From Nitrosopumilus maritimus SCM1 (lineage in GTDB: Archaea > Thermoproteota > Nitrososphaeria > Nitrososphaerales > Nitrosopumilaceae), in the NCBI RefSeq assembly GCF_000018465.1, contig NC_010085.1:1260001-1292000 (forward strand): a stretch of 32,000 nt of DNA, written 5' to 3'. Positions 8,719 through 16,579 of the stretch are shown here, one piece after another. How positions within the stretch are numbered: position 1 is the stretch's first letter; each line of letters begins with the position of its first letter. Under the pieces are notes generated by a model. It was given only the letters and a program-made list of their open reading frames with translations, searched no databases and was not told the DNA's origin. A program made the translations under genes and the position numbers.

Positions 8719-8735
8719 GATTAACGTAGTTAATC
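8719..8735. promoter_or_regulatory. Perfect inverted repeat GATTAAC-gta-GTTAATC abutting the rlmN start codon
   Basis: 7-bp arms, 3-nt spacer, between a TATA-like element (~8741-8750) and ATG (8718). Confidence 0.5.
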
Positions 8736-8791
8736 AAATGATATTATAATTTAATCAATATTGAAAAAATGAAAATGTAAAAAGAGTAAGA

Positions 8792-9958
8792 TTACTCTTC
8801 TACAGGTTCTGAATCATCTGCTTCAGCATCTACTGGAGGTGCTTCTACAGTTTCAACTTCTGGTGTTTTGGCAGTTACCTCTACTTCAGGAGTTTCTGTA
8901 GATTCTCCAGGAGTTTCTACTTTGGTCTCTACCTCAGGCTCTTTTGCCTTTTTGGTAGTTGCTTTTTTGGTAGTTTTTTTGGTCTTTTTCTCAGCCTCTT
9001 CAGGGTCAATGACACCTGCTTCACCTAGAGCAAAGATTACCTCTTCCTCAGGATGGTGAGGACTGTCTACCATTCTAGCAATTCGTTTCTTGCCAGATTT
9101 CTTAAAGTAGATTCTGTAGGTACTAGTATGTGCAACTACATTTCCACCAATTGGACGAGTTGGATCGCCAAAGAAGACATCAGGAGATGCCATAACTTGG
9201 TTTGTTGCAATTGCAGCACAATTGTAAGTTTCTGCAATTCTGGATAACAGATGAACAAAGTGATTTAGTTTTTGTTGTCTGTTTGAGAGTGTTCCTCGTC
9301 CTAAATATTCAGAACGGAACAATCCAACTGCAGAATCTGCAACAATTAGTTTGATATTGTTTTCTTCAATGATTGGGCCAGCTTCTTCTAGAATCAATGT
9401 TTGATGTGCACTATTGTATGCACGAGCAACAATGATGTTGTCTAGAACTTTTTCTGGATCCATCTCATGAGCTTGAGCGATAGATACAATTCTTTCAGGT
9501 CTGAAAGTGTTTTCAGTATCAATGTACAAAACACTGCCTTCAAGTCCACCTTCCTCTTTGGTCTTTTGAACCATAACAGACATTGTATGGGCAAATTGTG
9601 TTTTACCACAACCAAATTCTCCATAAACTTCTGTCAAGGCTTGTGTCTCAAGACCACCATCAAATAGTGTGTCAAGACAGTTTGTACCAGTTGTAATTTT
9701 ACCAATACTTTGACGGTGCTTGTAAATTTCACTTGCACTTGTAAAGTGTTTGGCAATTAATCCACCATCAACTAGATGTTGACGTGCTTTATTGACAATT
9801 TTTTCAGCAGTGTCCTTTTCCATTCCAGTTATTTCTGCAATTTCTACAGGACCTCTGACGATGAGGTCCATGACGTTGTGGACACCTGCATCGGATAATT
9901 TTCTAGTTGTCACAGGACCTACGCCCTCTAAACTATCTAATCTTAAATCTTCTACCAT
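8792..9958 (-). CDS. radA: RadA recombinase with extended low-complexity C-terminal tail
   Basis: HhH N-domain 'LEGVGPVTTRKL'; Walker A 'GEFGCGKTQ'; 'VAYNSAHQ/ARAYN', 'NRQQKLNHFVHLLSRIAE'; tail 'EKKTKKTTKKATTKKAKEPEVETKVETPG...'. Confidence 0.97.
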   Translation of the reverse strand: MVEDLRLDSLEGVGPVTTRKLSDAGVHNVMDLIVRGPVEIAEITGMEKDTAEKIVNKARQHLVDGGLIAKHFTSASEIYKHRQSIGKITTGTNCLDTLFDGGLETQALTEVYGEFGCGKTQFAHTMSVMVQKTKEEGGLEGSVLYIDTENTFRPERIVSIAQAHEMDPEKVLDNIIVARAYNSAHQTLILEEAGPIIEENNIKLIVADSAVGLFRSEYLGRGTLSNRQQKLNHFVHLLSRIAETYNCAAIATNQVMASPDVFFGDPTRPIGGNVVAHTSTYRIYFKKSGKKRIARMVDSPHHPEEEVIFALGEAGVIDPEEAEKKTKKTTKKATTKKAKEPEVETKVETPGESTETPEVEVTAKTPEVETVEAPPVDAEADDSEPVEE

Positions 9959-9988
9959 ACCGTATGGTACGGTACCAGTACTTTATAA
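9953..9988 (-). promoter_or_regulatory. radA promoter: TATA box (9981-9988, TTATAAAG on - strand) plus palindrome TACCATAC-c-GTATGGTA (9953-9969) over the start codon
   Basis: TATA centre ~27 nt upstream of ATG (9958), consistent with a leaderless transcript; 8-bp arms with 1-nt spacer, followed by GGTACC copies. Confidence 0.55.
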
Positions 9989-10039
9989 GAGTATTGTTTT
10001 AGAAAATGATCGTAAAATGATAAAATTTTTGAAAAATGA

Positions 10040-10222
10040 CTATCGTCTCTTTCTTCTTTGTCCAGGTTTGTTTTGACCAGGAAATCTACCTAGAACAAAT
10101 CTCTTTTTGAAGTTGCTCTTATTTCTAAGACTAGAGTTGGTACCGACAATTTTACGTCCTTCCACCTTTGGAGTTTGCCCTCTTACTTTACCTGCTTTTG
10201 TAAGCGAACCGTGAGTTGCCAT
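10040..10222 (-). CDS. rps30e: 30S ribosomal protein S30e, 60 aa
   Basis: 'THGSLTKAGKVRGQTPKVEG...KKRFVLGRFPGQNKPGQRRKR' matches the S30e pattern. Confidence 0.85.
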   Translation of the reverse strand: MATHGSLTKAGKVRGQTPKVEGRKIVGTNSSLRNKSNFKKRFVLGRFPGQNKPGQRRKRR

Positions 10223-10262
10223 AATCTACATCACAAATTAACGAATTTATGTATTTGGAATT

Positions 10263-11996
10263 CTATCGGTACTTTGCCTTTACAGTCTCAATGACATGTT
10301 CGTGTTCACGACCCTTCTTGCGGGCATATCTCTCCATAGCACCTAATGGAACACCGCCAAGAGAACGTGCAATTGCGTTGAAAAAGTATCTCTGAGGACC
10401 CTTAGAACCAGTTCTAGTCATGAATTTTTGAATACCATATTTGAAATTGTGCTGCCATGTCTTGTACAAAACACCTAGTTGTGCAGGAGTCATCTCATTT
10501 CCAATGTTAAAGAAGTCAGATTTTTCTAATAATCCAATTGGAACAAATGTCAAGGCAGTTGTAGTAAACATTGATTCAGGTTGTTCACGTTCTAATTCAC
10601 TAATCAAACGAATTGTCTCCCAAGAATCTTCTGGTTGTTCATCATTGTCTAGTCCCATAATCAAAGTAAATGCTGGAATCCAATAATCTTGGTTTAAGGT
10701 CTTTACACCTTCTTTTACAACCCAATGCCACTCATCAGGAGAGTATGGTGCAAGTTTTCTATCAGCATATTTTCCAATTAGTCTCAAACTTCCAGTCTCA
10801 AATCCGGCTTGAACACCAATCATGTTGTCAGGGCCTGCTTTCATGATTTTAGATAGATTTGGAATTAATTTCTCATCAGCAATTGCTCCTGCCAATGTAC
10901 CATGTGTTGGGTTTGTGTGTTCTACACCAGTAGACATGATTGCAGTGAATAGTTCTTCTAGTGCTTCTCTGTTTGGTTCCATTCCTTTTGCAGTTCTAGG
11001 ATCCATACCGTAAACGAAAATATCATCACTGTGAACCCATGCAGATTTTGAACCACCTTTCTTTATGTTAACTTCAATTTCTTTTTTGACTTTTTCTGGA
11101 GAATAGTATCTTAATGATCTTAATGTAACGTCACAGAATTTACAGCCTCTTCCACAACCTCTCATTACTTCAATCATTCCATGCATACTTGGTTCAACAA
11201 TATCTGGAATTTCTTCTAGGTCAGGTCTGTCCCAAAAGTTTACAAATCTTCCATGAAGTTTTTTGCCGTTTCTCTCAAATTCTTTAATGTTAACTTTGAA
11301 ATCACTTCTCTTTCTGAAAGGATCCATATTCTCAAAGTCGCCGTTAATCAAATAGTTGAAGAATCGTCCTGCATGTCCGTCAATTTCTGGTGCAATACCA
11401 CCAAGCTCACCTTCCAAGATTGCATAAATTCCAAACTCTTCAATTTTCTCTGGGTCATAGTTGTATTGCCAAGTTCCAGATGCACCAGAGATTACTTTGG
11501 CTTTGCTGCCAGTTTTAGCTTTTGCAGCTTTGATTCTATGGTGTAATTCAGTATTGTAGTATTCATCGTATGATGTTTGTTTTCTACCATAAGTAAATGT
11601 CATAGTTACTGGTCCCATTCCTAGTGGGTCCATCTCATATGTTCCAACAACTAGTGTTTCAGGTCCAATGAATTTTTCAATGTGGTCTGGGTGTGCAACG
11701 ACAACATCTTGTCTGCTAAATCCATCTCGAAGTAAACCAGCTTCGAGTTTTCTCAAACCATATGGAGCATAATTTGCAACACCATTTGTGTGTGGAATAT
11801 AATTACAGATAAAATCAAACAAAAGCTTTGGAGTTACTTGTTTTCCAAGAATCTTGTACCAAAAGCTCTTTGGGTCTCTATTAGGATCAATAGCTGGAGC
11901 ACATCCAAAAAATGTCGCAAGAGACAATCCTCTATAAGGCGACATTAATGTACGATCAGCAGTTAAAACGATCTTTGGAGTTCCCATTCCCTTCAC
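10263..11996 (-). CDS. Radical SAM protein (BchE/B12-binding-type architecture), substrate unknown
   Basis: CxxxCxxC in 'EVMRGCGRGCKFCDVTLRSLRYYSPEKVKKEI'; long N-terminal domain plus conserved C-terminal 'EQPEDSWETIRLI' region. Confidence 0.85.
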   Translation of the reverse strand: MKGMGTPKIVLTADRTLMSPYRGLSLATFFGCAPAIDPNRDPKSFWYKILGKQVTPKLLFDFICNYIPHTNGVANYAPYGLRKLEAGLLRDGFSRQDVVVAHPDHIEKFIGPETLVVGTYEMDPLGMGPVTMTFTYGRKQTSYDEYYNTELHHRIKAAKAKTGSKAKVISGASGTWQYNYDPEKIEEFGIYAILEGELGGIAPEIDGHAGRFFNYLINGDFENMDPFRKRSDFKVNIKEFERNGKKLHGRFVNFWDRPDLEEIPDIVEPSMHGMIEVMRGCGRGCKFCDVTLRSLRYYSPEKVKKEIEVNIKKGGSKSAWVHSDDIFVYGMDPRTAKGMEPNREALEELFTAIMSTGVEHTNPTHGTLAGAIADEKLIPNLSKIMKAGPDNMIGVQAGFETGSLRLIGKYADRKLAPYSPDEWHWVVKEGVKTLNQDYWIPAFTLIMGLDNDEQPEDSWETIRLISELEREQPESMFTTTALTFVPIGLLEKSDFFNIGNEMTPAQLGVLYKTWQHNFKYGIQKFMTRTGSKGPQRYFFNAIARSLGGVPLGAMERYARKKGREHEHVIETVKAKYR

Positions 11997-12038
11997 GAAA
12001 TTAATTTTCTGATTTATTTTAAACCTTGCTGGTCAAAT

Positions 12039-12851
12039 CTAATAATTTTCTAATATTCCAGCCTTGTTTCTGTGAAATTTACCAAATTCCTTGTTTTGAG
12101 ATAGATGCTGACCATCAAAGACGGTTCCATCCTTACAGACTAGATCTTCACCCACACAGCAGCTACCACAAATTCCAACGCCGCACTTCATCATTCTCTC
12201 AAGACTGGCCTGTACAAAGATACCTCTAGAATGGGCAGATTGGACTGTTTTGTACATCATTATTTCAGGCCCACAGACATAGACTCCATCAAATTTTATT
12301 TGGTCTACATGTTTTTCAACCAAATCAGTGACAAAGCCTTTTTCACCATAACTGCCATCATCAGTTGACACGATTACCTTGTGAGGATTATTTTCCAATA
12401 GTCTATTTGCCAAATCTTCAAAGAATACTTCGTCTTTAGACTTTGCACCAATTAAGACAGTAATATCATCTGTAGGTTTTACATGTGTGAGCAATCTCAT
12501 CATAGGAACAAGACCAGTTCCACCACCAACTAGCAATAATTTTCCTTCTTTAAGATCAAAAGAATTTCCATAAGGTCCACGAATTCCAATTTGCTCTCCA
12601 ACTTTGACATTAAACAGACCAGTAGAAGCTGCACCGTGTTTTCTAACAGTAAATGCTGCTTTTCCAGATTCATCTGAAATCATTACACTCATTGGTAGTT
12701 CATTTATTCCTGGAATCCAAACCATTGCAAATTGTCCTGGAAGAACATTTGACATTACCTCATCAGAAAAGACTAGAGTTCTAACAGTAGGAGTTTCATC
12801 AATTACTTTTTCAACTGTAACGATTGTTGTGTGATTATGATTTCTTTGCAA
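12039..12851 (-). CDS. pyrK: Dihydroorotate dehydrogenase electron-transfer subunit PyrK
   Basis: FAD/NAD reductase motifs 'LPGQFAMVWIPG', 'LLVGGGTGLVPM' and 2Fe-2S cysteines 'CGVGICGSCCVGEDLVCKDGTVF'. Confidence 0.9.
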   Translation of the reverse strand: MQRNHNHTTIVTVEKVIDETPTVRTLVFSDEVMSNVLPGQFAMVWIPGINELPMSVMISDESGKAAFTVRKHGAASTGLFNVKVGEQIGIRGPYGNSFDLKEGKLLLVGGGTGLVPMMRLLTHVKPTDDITVLIGAKSKDEVFFEDLANRLLENNPHKVIVSTDDGSYGEKGFVTDLVEKHVDQIKFDGVYVCGPEIMMYKTVQSAHSRGIFVQASLERMMKCGVGICGSCCVGEDLVCKDGTVFDGQHLSQNKEFGKFHRNKAGILENY

Positions 12852-13746
12852 GACCTATCATCTCCTCAATTTTTGAATAATTTTTCTTTTCCATGTATTG
12901 TAAAATTCCGGTATTGATTTCATTAAACACATCTATCCAATTGTCACCTATTGCACTTCCAAGTTGTACAGATGAAGCTCCTGCTAAGAAAAATTCTACT
13001 GCATCTTCCCAAGTAGATATACCACCGCATCCAATTATTGGGATGTCATATTTTGATGAAATTTCATAAACACATCTCAATGCAATTGGTTTGATTGGAG
13101 TTCCAGATAATCCTCCAAATTTATTGCTCAAAATAGGACGTTGTGTTTCAACATCTATTGCCATTGACCTAACTGTGTTAATGGCAGTAATGGCATCAAT
13201 TCCAGATTCAATAGCAGTGCCTACAGTGTTGAGATAATGAGTAGTTCCTAGACCAACTTTAGCAATTACAGGTACATTAGTTGAATTTTTAACAGTGGTA
13301 ACAATTTTCTTTACCAATTCAGGATCATCACCTACTTCTAAGCCGACTTTGGCAACATGGGGACAAGATAGATTCAACTCATATGCTGTGACTTTACAGT
13401 TTTCAAATTGTTTTATCATTTTTTCAAAGTCTTCAGGGATTGAACCAACAAGACTCACAATAATTGGAACATCCTGATTTGGTTCAATCATTTTTGCAAA
13501 ATTTTCTGCTCCAGGATTTGATAACCCTACAGCATTAATCCATCCACCTCCTTTGACACTAAAGATAGTTGGGTTTGGATATCCCTCCCAAGGTTCGGTA
13601 CTAAGGGATTTTGTAACAACAGCTCCTGCTCCTGAGCGATATAGACGACTAAAAACATCTAGTGAAATTCCTAAAATTCCAGATGCAAGCATCACAGGCC
13701 TGTCTAATTGAATTGGACCTATTGAAGTTGCAAGATTGGGCTCCAC
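12835..13746 (-). CDS. pyrD: Dihydroorotate dehydrogenase catalytic subunit PyrD (class 1B)
   Basis: 'RPVMLASGILG', 'ELNLSCPHV', 'VIAKVG', 'INTVRSMAIDVETQRPILSNKFGGLSG', 'PIIGCGGI'; GTG start; overlaps pyrK. Confidence 0.93.
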   Translation of the reverse strand: MEPNLATSIGPIQLDRPVMLASGILGISLDVFSRLYRSGAGAVVTKSLSTEPWEGYPNPTIFSVKGGGWINAVGLSNPGAENFAKMIEPNQDVPIIVSLVGSIPEDFEKMIKQFENCKVTAYELNLSCPHVAKVGLEVGDDPELVKKIVTTVKNSTNVPVIAKVGLGTTHYLNTVGTAIESGIDAITAINTVRSMAIDVETQRPILSNKFGGLSGTPIKPIALRCVYEISSKYDIPIIGCGGISTWEDAVEFFLAGASSVQLGSAIGDNWIDVFNEINTGILQYMEKKNYSKIEEMIGLAKKS

Positions 13747-13831
13747 TTTGATTAATGAGGGTAGTTTCGAATATAACAGTTGATTTGTGATTCTAGTACC
13801 TTTTTTAAAGGTGGTTTAGATTGAACTAGAC

Positions 13832-15244
13832 ATGTATTCTGTGATTTTAACAGAATTGGGAATCTCAGTTTTTGATGATGAAAAACTAGAAAAATCATTT
13901 TCATTTTCAAATCCTGTAAAAGAGTATCTCTCAATAAAAAATAAAGAATCAAAATTAAACGAGGTTATCAATTATTTGGCTTCAATTCAAAGAGGAGTCT
14001 CAGTAAGTGATGATTCACTACTTGCTATTTTGAAAAAAAATAATATAGATTCTCAAATTATGGAAGATTCAGAATTAGAGAGAATTCAAGCATCAAAACC
14101 ACAAATCATTGTTGATTCAGGTTTTGCATCAAATCCTCAAGATGCTTTAGGAAAGTTAAGAGAATTTGCTTTAGGATTATCATCTTCAAAGGTTACTGAA
14201 GTTTCTGAAAGTCCAGATCTTCATATCATTCAAGCAATCAATTCACTAGATGAAATTGACAAAATTGCAAATGCTCTTAGTTCAAGATTAAGAGAATGGT
14301 ATGGATTACATTTTCCAGAATTAGATAACATCATTGATAGTATTAATGGATATGCACAAATTGTTATGGCAGGAAAACGAGAGTCGCTAACAAAACAAGT
14401 TTTTGAAGATGCAGGTTTTCCAGAATCAAAAGTAGAGATGTTGTCTTTAATTTCTACAAAAAGCAGAGGGGGAGATATCTCTGATGTAAATCTTGCAATT
14501 GTTCAATCAATTGCAAAACAAATTTTAGATTTTCATGATTTGCGTAAAAAACTTGAAGAACATGTTGAATCAGAAATGGAAACTATTGCACCAAATCTTT
14601 CTGCAATACTTGGTACAACAGTAGGTGCTAGAATTTTAGGAAGAGCTGGCAGTCTTAAGAGATTAGCTTCACTTCCAGCAAGCACAATTCAAGTTCTTGG
14701 AGCAGAAAAAGCATTGTTTAGATCATTGAAAACTGGTTCTCAACCACCAAAACACGGACTATTATTCCAACATGCAATGGTTCATGCTGCACCTAGATGG
14801 CAAAGAGGAAAAATTGCACGTGCCATTGCTGCAAAAGCAGTCATTGCTGCTAGAGTTGACGTCTACGGAGAGGGCCTAAACAGTACACTACTTGAGAAAC
14901 TCAATGTCAGGGTTGATGAAATTGGAAAGAAATACGAAAACCCAACTGAAAAAGATACCAGAAGACCAGAATCATTTAGACGAGATGGAGGCAATTTCAG
15001 AGATAATCGCAGACGTAGAGATGACAGAGGCGGACGTAGAGATGACAGAGGCGGACGTAGAGATGACAGAGGCGGACGTAGAGATGACAGAGGCGGACGT
15101 AGAGATGACAGAGGCGGACGTAGAGATGACAGAGGCGGACGTAGAGATGACAGAGGCGGACGTAGAGATGACAGAGGCGGACGTAGAGATGACAGACCAA
15201 GTTCAAATAAAAATAAAAAGAGAAAACAGTTTGGAAGAAGATAA
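13832..15244 (+). CDS. nop5: Nop5/Nop56/Nop58 family C/D-box sRNP core protein with C-terminal RRDDRGG repeats
   Basis: Nop domain 'ETIAPNLSAILGTTVGARILGRAGSLKRLASLPASTIQVLGAEKALFR.L..G..PPKHGLLFQH' plus repeat tail. Confidence 0.96.
   Translation: MYSVILTELGISVFDDEKLEKSFSFSNPVKEYLSIKNKESKLNEVINYLASIQRGVSVSDDSLLAILKKNNIDSQIMEDSELERIQASKPQIIVDSGFASNPQDALGKLREFALGLSSSKVTEVSESPDLHIIQAINSLDEIDKIANALSSRLREWYGLHFPELDNIIDSINGYAQIVMAGKRESLTKQVFEDAGFPESKVEMLSLISTKSRGGDISDVNLAIVQSIAKQILDFHDLRKKLEEHVESEMETIAPNLSAILGTTVGARILGRAGSLKRLASLPASTIQVLGAEKALFRSLKTGSQPPKHGLLFQHAMVHAAPRWQRGKIARAIAAKAVIAARVDVYGEGLNSTLLEKLNVRVDEIGKKYENPTEKDTRRPESFRRDGGNFRDNRRRRDDRGGRRDDRGGRRDDRGGRRDDRGGRRDDRGGRRDDRGGRRDDRGGRRDDRGGRRDDRPSSNKNKKRKQFGRR
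15014..15196. repeat. Minisatellite: 21-bp unit cgtagagatgacagaggcgga, 8 full copies plus a 15-bp partial
   Basis: Units begin at 15014, 15035, 15056, 15077, 15098, 15119, 15140, 15161, 15182 (partial); copies identical by eye. Confidence 0.97.
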
Positions 15245-15905
15245 TCCATCATTTTTCTGGATAAAATCTGAAGGCCAGCAAAAATTAGCTACTGAAAATT
15301 TAGTTCCGGGTAATCAGGTGTATAAAGAAAAACTAATCATCAAAAAAGGAATAGAATACAGACTATGGGATCCTTTTAGAAGTAAATTAGCAGCTGCGAT
15401 AATGAATGAGTTAGAAGATTTTCCTTTTGAAAATAAAACTAAAGTGTTGTATCTAGGGGCATCAACTGGAACAACTGTTAGTCACATTTCAGATATTGTA
15501 GGACCAAGCGGAATTGTATTTGCAGTAGAGCATGCAAGTAGAGTTGCAAGGGATTTTCTAGACAGAGTTGCAGCATACAGAAAAAATATTATGCCAATTC
15601 TTCAAGATGCACGAAAACCAAAAGAGTATTTTTCAGTATTTGGTAAAGTAGACGTAGTCTACGTAGATATTGCACAACCTGATCAGACAGAAATTGCAAT
15701 AGATAATTGTGAAATGTTTCTAAAAAAAGATGGATATTTCTTTCTAGTAATTAAAACAAGAAGTATTGATGTAACAAAGTCACCAAAAAAGATTGTAGAG
15801 GAAGAGACACAAAAACTGAAAGCAAAATTTGAAATATTACAGACAATAGATTTGCATCCATATGACAAAGATCATGCTATAGTTATCGCAAAATTCAGTG
15901 GTTAG
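15231..15905 (+). CDS. flpA: Fibrillarin-like rRNA/tRNA 2'-O-methyltransferase
   Basis: 'KVLYLGASTGTTVSHISDIVGPSGIVFAVEHASRVARDFL', 'VVYVDIAQPDQ'. Likely TTG start at 15231 overlapping nop5 by 14 nt; the track ORF from 14892 reads through the minisatellite. Confidence 0.9.
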   Translation: MEEDNPSFFWIKSEGQQKLATENLVPGNQVYKEKLIIKKGIEYRLWDPFRSKLAAAIMNELEDFPFENKTKVLYLGASTGTTVSHISDIVGPSGIVFAVEHASRVARDFLDRVAAYRKNIMPILQDARKPKEYFSVFGKVDVVYVDIAQPDQTEIAIDNCEMFLKKDGYFFLVIKTRSIDVTKSPKKIVEEETQKLKAKFEILQTIDLHPYDKDHAIVIAKFSG

Positions 15906-16540
15906 CCATTTAGAATTTTTTGAACAGGTTTCCAGCTCTTGCGTACAAATGTAGGGAGAGATTTGCTGGTTTTGTAGTATCTAGTCACAAATTTGACCGT
16001 TTTAGAGTCAGAAGGATACCCACTTCCAAGATCATAGGTTTTTCGTAGTTTTTCAATTGCCCTATCACGCGTAACTTTAGCAATAATTGAGGCTGCAGAA
16101 ACTACTACAAATCGACTATCTGCATGATGATAGGATTTGATTTTATGATTATCAGATAGTTTTGATATTTCTTTTCCAAATCTTTTAGGATTTACATCAC
16201 AAGAATCAACATAGGATGTATCAGGATCTAGTTTTAAAACAACTTTTGCCATGTATTTTGCTTCAAGTTCATTCAAACCGTGTTTTTTCACACTTGCATC
16301 AATAGATCTTGGGGTAATTTTTGCAATGTAATAATCATCAACTAATTCAATAATTTGTTTGTAAAGTAGCTCTCTGCTTTTTGGAGAAAGTTTCTTTGAA
16401 TCCTTTACTCCTAATGAAGAAAGTTTTCTCAAGTTTTTTTTATTAATAGAAATTCCAGAAATTACTAGTGGACCAAGCATAGAACCACGTCCTGCATCAT
16501 CAACTCCACAAATTTGCACGAATTTTGTCTTAAAACACAA
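15902..16540 (-). CDS. rnhB: Ribonuclease HII
   Basis: 'CGVDDAGRGSMLGPLVISG', 'GVKDSKKLSPKSR', 'YVDSCDVNP', 'VSAASIIAKVTRDR'. Confidence 0.92.
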   Translation of the reverse strand: MCFKTKFVQICGVDDAGRGSMLGPLVISGISINKKNLRKLSSLGVKDSKKLSPKSRELLYKQIIELVDDYYIAKITPRSIDASVKKHGLNELEAKYMAKVVLKLDPDTSYVDSCDVNPKRFGKEISKLSDNHKIKSYHHADSRFVVVSAASIIAKVTRDRAIEKLRKTYDLGSGYPSDSKTVKFVTRYYKTSKSLPTFVRKSWKPVQKILNG

Positions 16541-16579
16541 GTATTAAACCGTTATAGGTTTTGAAAAAATAGAAGGCAG

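Noticed and set aside
13752-13952. 66-aa minus-strand ORF overlapping the nop5 start
   Set aside because: Overlaps the conserved nop5 coding start and the divergent pyrD/nop5 promoter region; no family likeness.
14863-15252. Minus-strand ORFs (SSLRPPL)n and (RLCHLYV)n across the nop5 repeat (also 14997-15206)
   Set aside because: Stop-free only because the 21-bp repeat lacks stops in these frames; antisense to the well-supported nop5.
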